A stretch of 64,000 bases of DNA from Armatimonadota bacterium (GCA_963677485.1 OY781964.1:1920001-1984000), one strand, 5' to 3'. Counted from the first letter of the stretch, positions 19,699 to 30,679 are shown. Program-made: numbers and translations. The notes: generated from the letters alone by a model not told the origin.

Positions 19699-20277
19699 CT
19701 ATATTCCTTGGATCACTTCTACCTTCCAAATAAGGTCGATTTGGTGGTCCCCTGAGCGTGTGACCAACTCATTCGGGGCTAGTTTGAATGTGAGATCAGT
19801 GTTATGGAATGATGCTACACCCGGAGCTGATGTAGCGACTTCTGATGTCTCAGATAGTGTATTACTGAGTGTTCCAGCAAAACCAGTGGCTTCGCCTGCT
19901 GTCCATCCTGTAGCAAGCCATGTTACATCACTAGCAGCCCACGTTGCCGGGTCCGGCGCTTCGCCAATCATGTGTACAAAGCCGGTTCCATTAGAGGTTA
20001 GTGATAGCCTAATTTTATCACTTGCCTGAGATAGCACGATGTTCTCTACACTCACGCTGTTCCCAGCAGACGTTGTAGTTCCAGTGACGTTTTGTACATC
20101 GAATCCGATATTACTCGGTACAGTTACCTCGCATTGTTCGACGACATTAGCGGTCATGGTTGTGTTACTAATGGTTTCACCATCATGTAATACAACAGTC
20201 GTACCCTGTGCAAAAGCAGCGGTGGTGGAGAGGGCGATCAGAAGCGCGGAGCCGATAGCTAATTTTAAGGATTTCAT
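19699..20277 (-). CDS. Secreted pilin-like protein (probable major subunit)
   Basis: Signal MKSLKLAIGSALLIALSTTAAFA; paralogue of 15131..15694; first gene of the cluster. Confidence 0.65.
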   Translation of the reverse strand: MKSLKLAIGSALLIALSTTAAFAQGTTVVLHDGETISNTTMTANVVEQCEVTVPSNIGFDVQNVTGTTTSAGNSVSVENIVLSQASDKIRLSLTSNGTGFVHMIGEAPDPATWAASDVTWLATGWTAGEATGFAGTLSNTLSETSEVATSAPGVASFHNTDLTFKLAPNELVTRSGDHQIDLIWKVEVIQGI

Positions 20278-20661
20278 CTGAAGCATACCTTTCGAGAGGT
20301 CCAAGATGTAACCAACCGTGGTTACTGGCTAAATGTGTTTCCCTATGCATTTTCATTTGCAAGGAACAGCATAGACAAGCAAGTGCATACAGGAAGTGAC
20401 AAAATACCCATGATATTATGGGGTGTCATAATAAAATAAAAATCACATTGCTTCTTGGCTACTGGGCCGAATGCGGTATTACATCGGGGTGGAGAGGGGT
20501 AAGCTACATGGCTTATAGTGAGATAGTACACTTCGCTCGCCAATAATTGTATGATATTTGGTTAAATCTATGGTAATTTTACGTATTTATTAAAAATCTA
20601 GTACAAATACTAATTAATAACGATAGCTATTGCAGGTCGGCGGTTGGTTGGAATCGAGGTA

Positions 20662-20689
20662 TTGCCGTCATGGGAAGATTTAGTATAAT
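20662..20689 (+). promoter_or_regulatory. Promoter of tRNA-Thr
   Basis: TTGCCG-16 bp-TATAAT, 22 bp upstream of the tRNA. Confidence 0.55.
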
Positions 20690-20711
20690 ATCATATGGCA
20701 GACCCCGCCGG

Positions 20712-20786
20712 GCCGGAGTAGCTCAAAGGTAGAGCAACAGTTTTGTAAACTGTAGGTTGCGAGTTCGATTCTCGCCTTCGGCTCCA
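20712..20786 (+). tRNA. tRNA-Thr (TGT)
   Basis: Acceptor GCCGGAG/CTTCGGC, D-arm GCTC..GAGC, anticodon arm ACAGT-TTTGTAA-ACTGT, TTCGA loop, encoded CCA. Confidence 0.97.
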
Positions 20787-20910
20787 TTTTTTACCATACC
20801 AACCCACTTGGCCCATCACTGCTTCTGGCAGTAGCGTTTTAACACGTGTATTCCGAAGGAAAGCAGGCTCCACCCACCTCGCAAGCCGGTGGCCAGGCCG
20901 TGACAAAGAA

Positions 20911-20941
20911 CAGGAGGCGCGATATCCCATCGCGCCTCCTG
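20911..20941. terminator. Hairpin between the convergent tRNA and glycosidase genes
   Basis: CAGGAGGCGCGAT-atccc-ATCGCGCCTCCTG perfect stem. Confidence 0.6.
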
Positions 20942-20956
20942 CCAGGAACCAGCTCG

Positions 20957-23900
20957 CTATTTCCCCTGCATCAGCCTCACTGGGCCGATCAAGCCACCGG
21001 GCTTGTGGCTGCCGTAGCTGTTGTTGATCAGGTTGGCCACGCGCACCTCGATGGTGTTCACACCGGGCTGCAGCAAACCGCTGACATCAAACCGGTAGGG
21101 TGCCCAAAGGCGCATTCCGGCCTTCTTGCCGTTCACCGTGACCTCTGCCGCATAGTAGACCGTGCCCAGATCGAGCTCGCACTTGGCGGGCACGTCCGTG
21201 ACGGTGATCTGCTTGCGGTAGTTCAACCGTCCGCTGAAGGGGGCCATGCCCCAGTCCGTCCAGTTACCCAGTGCTCTCAGGCTTCCCTCTCCGGCCAAGG
21301 CCGGGTTGACCGGGTTCTTGTGCTCCAGCGGGGGCTGATCATTGGGGATAAACCGGACCAGCCAGTCACCCTCAACGGTCATGACGGGGCTGTAGCTCAG
21401 CGGCTTGGGTGCAGTGGTGTTGGCCGGTTTGGCGGGATCGAACACCACATAGTAGGCCTGGTTGAGCTCGAAGCTCAAGCTCGCCTGGCTGCCGGTGGCG
21501 TTCTGGACGCTGTTGATGGGCGTCGTCTTGCCGGTCTCGATGTCCCACACGCTGGCGGAACCCTTCGCGCCGGGGAATGTGAGCGACATCTTGCGTGCGG
21601 CCCCGTTGTTGGCTAGGTAGAAGAACTCCTTGCCATCGATGCGGCGATGGTGTTGAAGCAGCGTGTGCCCATCGGAGGAGAGCACAGACGGGCTGAGACC
21701 AGGCATACGGCCATTGACCGCCGCTTGGATTTCACCCGGCATTATATGGTATCCCGGCAGAGCCGTGAGCTGGCTGCAAAGCGCCGCCATCTTGGCGTCA
21801 TTCAAGCCGTTCTCGGTGCTGCCGTTCGGCAGTTCACCCAGCGCATACACATGCCCGCCGGCCTTCACGAAGCCAACAAGCTGCTGCATCGTCTTCAGCG
21901 GCATGATATCCAGAGGGGGCAGAACCACCGCACTCACGCGGCGGTTATCCATGGTTAACTGCGCTCCGTTCAGTTTCAAACGCGCCATGGTGGGGCTATC
22001 GGCCACCAGGAACTGCACGCCGGAGCGCGCCATCTGGTCGAGAGCCTTGCTGTATACCTCGTTGATGTGGTTCATACGGCGGTTCTCGGGACGGGTGTTG
22101 GGAAGTGTCCATAGATCGGTAGGAGCGTTATTGGGATCAAACACGTTACTGTCTGTGTTTGACCAGATCGATTCGATTGGGTAGTAGACCACCGCGGAGA
22201 TCACCTGCTGACCGTGGCTGTTCACGTAGCTGGCGCGCCGCACCACATCAGTCCAGAGGTGCATCCAGGGGAAGAAGGGGTTGATCTCACTCCAGTCGGG
22301 TGTCCAAGGGTTGCCGTCCATCTTCTCATACATGAACACGCCGTGCGGGATCACGTGCCCTGTGCCCCAGGCAAACATTGAGTTGGTGCTTTGCTTCACG
22401 ATGTCCGGCTGATAGGGCTCCCAGCTAGCAGCTCCCAAATATTCCGCCATAAAGCGGCGGCCATCCCACTCAGCCACACTGTGCGCTTCCATAAAGTCGT
22501 GCGGGTTGAGGGCACTGAGTTGCAGGTTGTCCTGTCCAGGCATACTGAAGGCGCGCTGCATCTTCATGTTGCTGCCTGACCATCGCGCGACCGCCTGCAG
22601 ACTTTCTTCCCAGAAATGGCCTGTGACATACATGTTATATTTCTGGTGCCAGTCGCTGAGGTATTGGAAGGTGCCCGAATAGAGATCGGTCATCACATCA
22701 AACCAGCGGAACCGAACCGCCGCACAACGCCCTTCTACGTCACTGTCGACCAATAGCGGCAACTGCGTTTTAACGTCCACCTTGAACCGGCGCATGTAGT
22801 CCTTCTCAAGGTCGTTGCTCCAGGCCAAGCCAGATCCGTAAGCCCCCTCGTTGTCCGCGAAGTCGCCGGGGATGCCCTTGCCCATCTGGTCGCGATATTT
22901 CTGAGCATATGGCTCCAGACCGATCTTGGCGAATTTCGGGCCAAGCTGCCGGTCGAGGTAGTTCACCATGTTCTGACTGGTTTTGTAGAACACGTAGATG
23001 CGCCAGTCGTTGCCGGCTGGGATGGCCCATTTACTGCCGGGCTTGATGTTGACCATGCCCTTGCTGCGGATGGTGCGAGGTTTATGCTCGCTCATGCCGG
23101 CCATGTCTGTGCCGAGGTTCCAGGGCGGTGTGTTGGATGGGCCGATCACCGCGACCGCACTCTGTGGGCCGTTGGCGGTTTCCGATGCGGTCCAAGTGCC
23201 GTCGCTCTGCACCAGAGTGGAGCTGCCGTCGGCATGTCCAAAGCGCAGTGCGCACACGAAGCCCGCGGCCAGGTCCAGGTTGGTGGCCTGCACCGTGATC
23301 TGTATCGGCTTGTTGGCCTCGAAAGCTCGCTTCAGCGAGGTAGACGAGGGTGATGCCCAGTTTTTGCCCTCAAGTACCTGCTTGCCGTCCAGGCTGAGCA
23401 CGAAACTGTTGTCGCAACTGCCGATGATGGAGACATCGACGGCTGGTTTCGGCAGGCTCACCGTGTGGTAGAGGTTGATGACCGTGTTGTCCCGCGTATT
23501 CTTGTGCCATATCCACTGGCCCAGAGGCGGCGTAGGGCGGACATCGGTGACCTCGCCCTCCTTGAGATTTTGCGTCAGGGGGGCGGCGATAGCCGCATAT
23601 CCCGCGGGGATGCTGGCGGTCTGCCCGCCTTTCACGTCCATCGTGCGCCAGATCAGCGATTCAGCCTTCAGCTCAGGATACTGCTTGATCGTGCGTCCGT
23701 GCGCCTGAAGGCAGGGCCACATGTATTCATCTACATAGCCCAGATAGCCGCCTGCATTTGTGGTGGTCTTGAGCGCGGAGCTGAACTCGCGCCACCACTC
23801 GGGGCCAAGCCACTGCGCATCGGGCAGACCGGGACCGCCCTGGATGCTGATGCGCCCGTGCGCGTAGCCCGGGTTCAAGCCTTGAGTCATCATCGAGGCG

Positions 23901-24124
23901 GCCTGCTTCGAGGCCTTACCGGCTTGAAGCGGCTCATCCCAGAACCAAAAGGCGAATGGCCCGTAGAAGTTGTCCGGGTTGGCAAACTGTTTCGATAGCT
24001 CCGGGAATGTAACCGGCTTGATCCCTCCCGCCTTCACAGCGGTGGGTGCTGGTTTGGACTGTGCAGATAGTGTCATAGAGATCACCAATAGGCCGCCGAT
24101 GAGGCAGCTCTTTACGTTCGGCAT
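20957..24124 (-). CDS. Secreted glycoside hydrolase, GH106 (alpha-L-rhamnosidase)-like
   Basis: PFAFWFWD, YVDEYMWP and a C-terminal LDLG.V...AEVTVNG...LWAPYRFDV domain. Start placed at MPNVKS; the ORF extension upstream is repeat sequence. Confidence 0.8.
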   Translation of the reverse strand: MPNVKSCLIGGLLVISMTLSAQSKPAPTAVKAGGIKPVTFPELSKQFANPDNFYGPFAFWFWDEPLQAGKASKQAASMMTQGLNPGYAHGRISIQGGPGLPDAQWLGPEWWREFSSALKTTTNAGGYLGYVDEYMWPCLQAHGRTIKQYPELKAESLIWRTMDVKGGQTASIPAGYAAIAAPLTQNLKEGEVTDVRPTPPLGQWIWHKNTRDNTVINLYHTVSLPKPAVDVSIIGSCDNSFVLSLDGKQVLEGKNWASPSSTSLKRAFEANKPIQITVQATNLDLAAGFVCALRFGHADGSSTLVQSDGTWTASETANGPQSAVAVIGPSNTPPWNLGTDMAGMSEHKPRTIRSKGMVNIKPGSKWAIPAGNDWRIYVFYKTSQNMVNYLDRQLGPKFAKIGLEPYAQKYRDQMGKGIPGDFADNEGAYGSGLAWSNDLEKDYMRRFKVDVKTQLPLLVDSDVEGRCAAVRFRWFDVMTDLYSGTFQYLSDWHQKYNMYVTGHFWEESLQAVARWSGSNMKMQRAFSMPGQDNLQLSALNPHDFMEAHSVAEWDGRRFMAEYLGAASWEPYQPDIVKQSTNSMFAWGTGHVIPHGVFMYEKMDGNPWTPDWSEINPFFPWMHLWTDVVRRASYVNSHGQQVISAVVYYPIESIWSNTDSNVFDPNNAPTDLWTLPNTRPENRRMNHINEVYSKALDQMARSGVQFLVADSPTMARLKLNGAQLTMDNRRVSAVVLPPLDIMPLKTMQQLVGFVKAGGHVYALGELPNGSTENGLNDAKMAALCSQLTALPGYHIMPGEIQAAVNGRMPGLSPSVLSSDGHTLLQHHRRIDGKEFFYLANNGAARKMSLTFPGAKGSASVWDIETGKTTPINSVQNATGSQASLSFELNQAYYVVFDPAKPANTTAPKPLSYSPVMTVEGDWLVRFIPNDQPPLEHKNPVNPALAGEGSLRALGNWTDWGMAPFSGRLNYRKQITVTDVPAKCELDLGTVYYAAEVTVNGKKAGMRLWAPYRFDVSGLLQPGVNTIEVRVANLINNSYGSHKPGGLIGPVRLMQGK

Positions 24125-24295
24125 GTTGATACGAAGCCCCCTGAATGCGAGTGTGTCGACACCCTTTTGTACCATTCTATCAGCTAGCGGCCAGTAAGTC
24201 GGCCCGCGGCGGCGGTGCGTAATGTGGCGGCGGTATATTTTGTGAATGCGGTTGTGGTATAATCGGTTCAAAGCGATGCGTTTTCTGGGGGATTC

Positions 24296-24560
24296 ACCAC
24301 GCCACGAATGGACACGAATGAACGCAAATGGGAAGGTCGCGCGAAATCCGTCCGATGCCGGATTGTCTGAACCACGGATGACGCGGATGGCACGGATGCG
24401 ACCGGATGGAGAGGGAACGATAAACGGTAGGGGCATGGCGTGCCGTACCCACCCGGCCGATCATGAACCGGGGCGTGGTTTCCACGCCCTGGGGCACGCC
24501 GTGCCCCTACGATAATCTATCTATTAGGCAATGAAGCCTGAAGCGAATAGGAGAATCACA
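24296..24560. repeat. Family A REP-mosaic element and conserved leader before paralogue 1
   Basis: CCGGATTGTCTGAACCACGGAT module; GTAGGGGC (24427)...GCCCCTAC (24510); leader TCTATCTAT.AGGCAATG..GCCTGA.GC.AA..GGAGA. Confidence 0.8.
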
Positions 24561-26336
24561 ATGAGGAACCGAGTGAAGGAACGAGCCCTCATCACCGTTG
24601 CGATCCTGGCTTGCCTGTTTTGGACATGCCGGTGTGCCATCGTATTCTCGACTATTCCCGATGGGATTTATCTGAGTGACTTAGGATCATTCCCATATGC
24701 TCGCTGGATATATAGGCTGGCCATCCAATACGCCAATACCGCAAGATCCAGCTCGCCGCTAGACGAATGGGATATGTCGGTTGAAAAGGCCGAATCGGTC
24801 TGGAAGCATCGGCAGATACAGATTCCTGACCGGGCTCTTTACGCACAGCTCACCATTCGTATACCGCCTGAAAAGTCTGACAACAGACAAAAGCGCATCG
24901 GGTATAACCGGCACTTGCTGGAATGGCTCAAGCGAGGTGCCGCACTAGACCCTGGTAACGCACTTTACAACCTCAGAATGGCCCACATCCATTTTGATAA
25001 CGCCTGTGAATACAACAGGAACCTGACTGTTGCATGGCGTATTGATCCAGTCAGGCGCAGTTTGACATATCAAAGATCAGCTCAGATGCCCCTGATCATA
25101 CACGACCGGGCCATGTTGGATGTCGGCATCACCCATTACCGCAAAGCCTTAAGTAAACCACTGCGTACGTACCAGTACGAAACGGCAAGAACTCTCACCC
25201 GCCATCTTCCTAGACCATGGGTCACCGAGCAATATATGCTTCGTGTAGTCGATTACTATCATATTACGGAGTCACCATATCTAGGCCAAACGAGGATATT
25301 GTTTGGAGTCGCTAGACGCTTGGCACAGGAAGGTGACACCCAAACCGCACAGGAGCTGCTAGATATTAACGCCTGGCTCCATATGCGCAGCACGGAGCTT
25401 GACGGCCCCATGCGAAAGGCTGAGTTGTTTGACCACACGGCCACCCTGTGGGATATCGCCGTTGATCAGGCAAAAACGGTAGACGCTCAGCGATATCTGA
25501 ACATGAACCAACGAATGAGCCGTTGGGGTGCACCGAGTCAGGGACCGATAGACTACCTGAACAACCTGCCGTACACCAGTCTGTATGCTCAGTCGGAATG
25601 GGCTTATGCCATGAACATACTCATATGGCTGGTATTGGCTTCCCTTGTTCGCGAGCTGGCTTGGTCTATATATCGGCGAATCGCACGCAAGCCGTTGAGT
25701 GAATTCTGCGCATCCAGGGCACCGACGACACTGTCGACAATCTGTGTTGGTATCGCCGTACTGAGCTGCCTTCTGTCTTTCGTGTTACCGACAACCGAAA
25801 ATGGCTTGTATGGGTGGATGGTCAACATACTCCCGTGCTTCGGTGCCAGCCTGATCACCATCTGCTGGTTCGTGCTTCGACATCAGTTTAAAAGGCAGTG
25901 TGAGCGAGAGGGTATCCCAGTGCCCAAACGATGGGTTGAGCTGTCCTGCAACCTGGCCACGCTGGCTGCAATCGGGTTGGTGTGGTTCATGTTCTATCAG
26001 TCGGCGTTGGTAGATCACAGTTATGACACGCTGGCAGCTATTGTGACTTTGCCCATCATCGTGGTCATCGTCTTCTGTATATGGTGCAAGCTCAGCACCC
26101 CCGACTACTACGCATTAGCGAACCGAGTAACCAGACGGTTCATGACACGGCTGGTGGTGCTCATCGCCGTCGGCGTGATGCCGCTGCTGCTGCTCCAGGA
26201 GGTGTTGATGCTGCAGGTGGGCAAAACTGGCCTATCGGCGTATAAGTCGATTGATACGGTGATCAAATACGACCAGGCGTCCAACCGCGAGGATGTGCAG
26301 CAGATGCAGCGCATCCTGAAGGACGCGGAGCGGTAG
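24561..26336 (+). CDS. Array paralogue 1: membrane protein (N-terminal TM, TPR-like extracytoplasmic domain, 6 C-terminal TMs)
   Basis: DRALYA, DPGNALYNL, IPVPKR, DYYALANR and VMPLL motifs; start placed after AGGAGA. Confidence 0.8.
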   Translation: MRNRVKERALITVAILACLFWTCRCAIVFSTIPDGIYLSDLGSFPYARWIYRLAIQYANTARSSSPLDEWDMSVEKAESVWKHRQIQIPDRALYAQLTIRIPPEKSDNRQKRIGYNRHLLEWLKRGAALDPGNALYNLRMAHIHFDNACEYNRNLTVAWRIDPVRRSLTYQRSAQMPLIIHDRAMLDVGITHYRKALSKPLRTYQYETARTLTRHLPRPWVTEQYMLRVVDYYHITESPYLGQTRILFGVARRLAQEGDTQTAQELLDINAWLHMRSTELDGPMRKAELFDHTATLWDIAVDQAKTVDAQRYLNMNQRMSRWGAPSQGPIDYLNNLPYTSLYAQSEWAYAMNILIWLVLASLVRELAWSIYRRIARKPLSEFCASRAPTTLSTICVGIAVLSCLLSFVLPTTENGLYGWMVNILPCFGASLITICWFVLRHQFKRQCEREGIPVPKRWVELSCNLATLAAIGLVWFMFYQSALVDHSYDTLAAIVTLPIIVVIVFCIWCKLSTPDYYALANRVTRRFMTRLVVLIAVGVMPLLLLQEVLMLQVGKTGLSAYKSIDTVIKYDQASNREDVQQMQRILKDAER

Positions 26337-26556
26337 GGGCGCGGTCTCCACGCCCTGGGGCATAGCGTGGTTGCCCACAATTGCCATCCGTCCGATCCGT
26401 CGCATCCGTCCGATGCCGGATTGTCTGAACCACGGATGGCGCGGATGGCACGGATAGGTTCGGATGGGAAGGGAGGCCAATCGGGAGATTGGCGTTCCCG
26501 GGGGAATACCACAGTCTATCTATCAGGCAATGGTGCCTGAGGCAAAGGAGATATCT
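26333..26556 (+). repeat. Family A spacer repeat 1
   Basis: GTAGGGGC..GGTCTCCACGCCCTGGGGCA...GGGAGGCCAATCGGGAGATTGGCGTTCCC...GCCTGAGGCAAAGGAGAT. Confidence 0.9.
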
Positions 26557-28392
26557 ATGAAACGGATCCGACGAGTTCTCACTGTATCAGTCCCAGCTAT
26601 TGCTGTCCTTCTCGGTCTGTTAATCTTGCCAGGACGCCTGACATGGCTATCGATGGTGAGTTTTGCCAATCACTACGACACTCTCACGACCTTTTTAGGG
26701 TATGAGGTGGTCCAAAGGTTGACGCCTGCGTTATGGATATATACCTCACAAGAGCTGCCGAAGGCCACAGATTTCCCTGAACCAAAAAACAAGCAGCAGG
26801 CTGACCGCATCTGGGTCGACTACAAACACCTCTACAGTGACCGCCCACTGTATGCGCTGTTAAGTGGTTATGTTGGATATGGCAGGGGAGAAACCATAGT
26901 CACCCCTGCTGTGCTTCAAACGCGACGTGAATACGTGGCTTTCATGCGTCGAGGCGAACAGCTCGATCCGACCAATGCGCTCTACAACATGGAACTTGCT
27001 GACTACTATTGGGATCAGGCGGTACGAATAGCTGACAATCCCGGCAAGCCTCTTACATCCGTTTTGCCCAAGAGAACGTATCGAAGCACATTGTCTCTAG
27101 TGAACAAAGGATACGTTGAAGTTGTGAACCCAGGCTACCTGCAGCGGGGGTATGATGAATACCAAAAGGCGATGGGCAAACAGCTCCGTCGGTACCAAAC
27201 GCAATCTGTGTGGCGAAAGATGGCAAAAATGTCGGGGCCATGGTTGGCAGAGCAGTATGAGATGCGCGTCATGATGGTAGATAGCGCAACGTCACACTTC
27301 GCCCGGCCCCAGAATCTGGATAAAGCAGTGGTCGCCTTCATGTTGCTGGGCAGGAGCAAAGAGGCGATGGAGTTACTTAAGCTGCCGCTTGTGTTCAAAC
27401 TGTTGACCTCCGACAGCCAAACCACCAGCCAGATGTGTGACGACATCCTGCGTGTGAGCCAAACAAATGTGCGGTTCAAGAGCGATATGGCCCTAATGAA
27501 GGGTGATGTTTCTCAGGCAGATCGGTACCTAGAGGCTTATAAGGGACTGATAAAAATGAGTTTCGTCCGATCTTACAATGAGCGTACCGGATACAAGCCC
27601 CACTGGTTATCACCAGCATTGGCTGGCAACATGAAGGTCCAGATGGCCTGGGACACAGCGATGATCGTGTTGGCCCATTTGTTGATTTGGTGCTGGTTCA
27701 GGCAGATCGGCTGGAAGCTGCTGCGAAGGCGACACAAAATCGCGCATGAACCGACATTCACAGCATCTGTGCAAGTGGCTGGTGCTGCCGGACTGGTTGG
27801 GCTCATTTGCAGTCTGTTGGTGATCGTGCTGATGTCTGGACAGGTTATCACTCAGAGCTTACCCATCATGCTGATCATCGTAGCCACCATCAGCGCGATG
27901 AGCTGGCTGTGGTTCCGCCACCTGTATAAGCGGTACTGTCAGCAGATAGGGATCTCCGTGCCGAGTCGGAGCAGCGAGATCGTGTGCAACTGGCTGCCCG
28001 TGCTGTTTGGTGCGGCGGTAGGGTGCCTGACCGTGGTGCTGTACAGGATGAATGATCAATCTCCCCTGGCGTTTGAATACAACATCGTGCCAGTCATCGG
28101 GGGGCTGCTCTGCCTTGCCATGATGGTGTGGGTTATGAGTCAAAAACTCCGCACCCACGACTACTACGCATTGGCAAACCGAGAGACGCAGCGGTTCGTG
28201 GCCTGGCTGGTGGTGTTCGTCTCCATCGGCGTGATGCCGCTGCTGATGGTGCAGGAGGTGGTGCTGCTTCGGCGCGACCATACCGGGCTGGGCGTGTATC
28301 AATCGGCGGAGCTATTGCAGGCACGTGAACAGGCACTAAACCGCCAGTTCGTGCAGCAGGTGCAGCGCATCCTGAAGGATGCGAAGCGGTAG
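26557..28392 (+). CDS. Array paralogue 2: membrane protein
   Basis: DRPLYA, DPTNALYN, DYYALANR; start placed after AAGGAG. Confidence 0.8.
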   Translation: MKRIRRVLTVSVPAIAVLLGLLILPGRLTWLSMVSFANHYDTLTTFLGYEVVQRLTPALWIYTSQELPKATDFPEPKNKQQADRIWVDYKHLYSDRPLYALLSGYVGYGRGETIVTPAVLQTRREYVAFMRRGEQLDPTNALYNMELADYYWDQAVRIADNPGKPLTSVLPKRTYRSTLSLVNKGYVEVVNPGYLQRGYDEYQKAMGKQLRRYQTQSVWRKMAKMSGPWLAEQYEMRVMMVDSATSHFARPQNLDKAVVAFMLLGRSKEAMELLKLPLVFKLLTSDSQTTSQMCDDILRVSQTNVRFKSDMALMKGDVSQADRYLEAYKGLIKMSFVRSYNERTGYKPHWLSPALAGNMKVQMAWDTAMIVLAHLLIWCWFRQIGWKLLRRRHKIAHEPTFTASVQVAGAAGLVGLICSLLVIVLMSGQVITQSLPIMLIIVATISAMSWLWFRHLYKRYCQQIGISVPSRSSEIVCNWLPVLFGAAVGCLTVVLYRMNDQSPLAFEYNIVPVIGGLLCLAMMVWVMSQKLRTHDYYALANRETQRFVAWLVVFVSIGVMPLLMVQEVVLLRRDHTGLGVYQSAELLQAREQALNRQFVQQVQRILKDAKR

Positions 28393-28627
28393 GGGCATGG
28401 TCTCCACGCCCTGGGGCATAGCGTGGTTGCCCACAATTGCCATCCGTTCGATCCGTCGCATCAGTCCGATGCCCGGATTGTCTGAACCACGAATTACGCG
28501 GATGGCACGGATAGGTTCGGATGGGAAGGGAGGCCAATCGGGAGATTGGCGTTCCCAGGGAGGCGTTCCCGGGGGAAAACAACAATCTATCTATCGGGCA
28601 ATGATGCCTGAGGCAAAGGAGATACCA
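28389..28627 (+). repeat. Family A spacer repeat 2
   Basis: Near-identical to 26333..26556, with a duplicated GGCGTTCCC. Confidence 0.9.
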
Positions 28628-30460
28628 ATGAAGCGCACCATTTACCAAATGCTCATCACCATAGGGATCACCCTCATCGCTTACCTGGGCAGCCAGCTCT
28701 GGATCAGCCGGTATGAACAGCTTACAGCCACGCTGGAGTTGCACAACCCTCCGTCACTAAGCGAGATGGTCGGAACCAGGTGCAACATGGCTGAGGGGTT
28801 TCAAGTATGGCCAGATATGCTGGCCGATTTCGATAGACCATCACCCACCAAGAACTCCGATCATCATGCCGAAGACGCGATGAAGGTCATTAGGCAAAAA
28901 CATGACGAATATACCGACCAGGCTTTATATGCCATCATCACGGCGGACCTGTGGTATTACCGTGAAGAACCCGACAGTTTCCGCAGCCTGGCTGATATCA
29001 AGCGTCGACTACAGGACCACCTCTCCTTCCTCAGGTTGGGTCAAGCGCAAGATCCCATGAACGCACTATATGGCTGGCGGTTTGCGGATGCCCAGATGTC
29101 ATCTCTGGTCAACCGAAAACTGCTGGGCAAAAAGGTAAATCATACATCCCCTGTGAAGCACATTTTGTCTACACCTCGACATAAGGAGGCGTATTTGAGC
29201 ACCATCGATGGCAGCCAATTGAAACAAGCCGTCGGCGAATACCGCACCGCTTTACAGCATGTGATGCAGCTTCACTACTTTGATAAGCTACAGCCCACCT
29301 ATGTAAAACTCACAGCCCCGGTGATAACAGAGCATTATGCCTGGCGTGCGCATATCGCAACGTGTTATGACCACTACTTGTTTTTTGATGACCGCTCCTT
29401 GATATACCCTGTCGCCCGTCATCTGGCAAAGACCGGCGATGCTCCAGCGGCACATGCCATTCTAAACATGCCGTCGATATTACGGATGATCATGTCTGAC
29501 TCTCACGCGACTTCAGATCGGCGTTTTACCGCATGGCGGTATTTGGTCGACGCCTCCGCCACAGAATGGGATATCGCGAAAGAAGCGAAGAGGCCACAAG
29601 ACATGCGGTATTACCAGCGTGTCAACAAACAACTGGTGGCGTTTCTGCGAAAAATACCCTACCAATGGGAGTTATCAAACCGTCTGGCGGCCAACCTGAC
29701 TGCCCAATCCGTATGGGCCAACATCAACGTTCTGCTGGTGTGTGCGATGTTGGTATCATTTGCGAGCCAGTTGTTCTGGCTGGTTTACCGACGACTGAAG
29801 CGGATTCCGGTCGCGCCGTCCATTGGACTACGAGCGTCTGTCAGAACGGCATTAGGAACAGTGGCGGGCGGTCTGATTTTTACCATATCTCTGTTGGTGA
29901 TCGCCCCTGCCCCATCACAACTGAACTCATGGGTGATGATGGCAGCCTACTACGTTATCATCGCGATGATGGTATCTGGATGGGTCATCTTCCGGCATCA
30001 GTTCAAACAGCAATGTGAACATATGGATATCGAAATTCCTGACCGCTGGACCGAAGCCGTCTTTAACTGGGTTCCTGCTTTGTGTGTGGTGGGCGTATGG
30101 GCAGCACTGAACTACAACCGCAACTACAGGGTTTTTACATGGGATGCATACGGCGTGTATGCTCTGATGATCGTTGTGTGCCTGCTTCTTCTTACACCTG
30201 TCGTGCTGACCAAATGGCGATACTCTCATTACTATGCCGAAGCCAGTCGGCAGACGAATTTCCTGCTTGCCGTGATGGCGGTGACTATCTCCATCGGTGT
30301 GATGCCGCTGCTGATGGTGCAGGAGGTGACGCTGCTTCGGCGCGACCATACCGGGCTGGGCGCGTATCAATCGGCGGAGCTATTGCAGGCACGTGAACAG
30401 GCACTAAACCGCCAGTTCGTGCAGCAGGTGCAGCGCGTCCTGAAGGATGCGGAACGGTAA
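28628..30460 (+). CDS. Array paralogue 3: membrane protein
   Basis: DQALYA and DPMNALY; C-terminus nearly identical to paralogue 2. Confidence 0.8.
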   Translation: MKRTIYQMLITIGITLIAYLGSQLWISRYEQLTATLELHNPPSLSEMVGTRCNMAEGFQVWPDMLADFDRPSPTKNSDHHAEDAMKVIRQKHDEYTDQALYAIITADLWYYREEPDSFRSLADIKRRLQDHLSFLRLGQAQDPMNALYGWRFADAQMSSLVNRKLLGKKVNHTSPVKHILSTPRHKEAYLSTIDGSQLKQAVGEYRTALQHVMQLHYFDKLQPTYVKLTAPVITEHYAWRAHIATCYDHYLFFDDRSLIYPVARHLAKTGDAPAAHAILNMPSILRMIMSDSHATSDRRFTAWRYLVDASATEWDIAKEAKRPQDMRYYQRVNKQLVAFLRKIPYQWELSNRLAANLTAQSVWANINVLLVCAMLVSFASQLFWLVYRRLKRIPVAPSIGLRASVRTALGTVAGGLIFTISLLVIAPAPSQLNSWVMMAAYYVIIAMMVSGWVIFRHQFKQQCEHMDIEIPDRWTEAVFNWVPALCVVGVWAALNYNRNYRVFTWDAYGVYALMIVVCLLLLTPVVLTKWRYSHYYAEASRQTNFLLAVMAVTISIGVMPLLMVQEVTLLRRDHTGLGAYQSAELLQAREQALNRQFVQQVQRVLKDAER

Positions 30461-30679
30461 GGGCGTGGTCTCCACGCCCTGGGGCATGGCGCGCCCATAG
30501 TTGCCATCCGTCCGATCCGTCCCATCCGTCGGATTCCCGGATTGTCTGAACCACGGATTACGCGGATGGCGCGGATAGGTTCGGATGGAGAGGGAGGCCA
30601 ATCGGGAGATTGGCGTTCCCGGGGGGGAAAACAACAATGCAACTATCGGGCAATGATGCCTGAGGCAAAGGAGATACCC
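30457..30679 (+). repeat. Family A spacer repeat 3
   Basis: Same modules as the other spacers; begins GTAAGGGCGTGGTCTCCACGCCC. Confidence 0.9.

Noticed and set aside
20712-20786. tRNA-Thr as an integration site of a genomic island
   Set aside because: No duplicated tRNA 3' end or integrase seen, and the pilus cluster lies on the 5' side.
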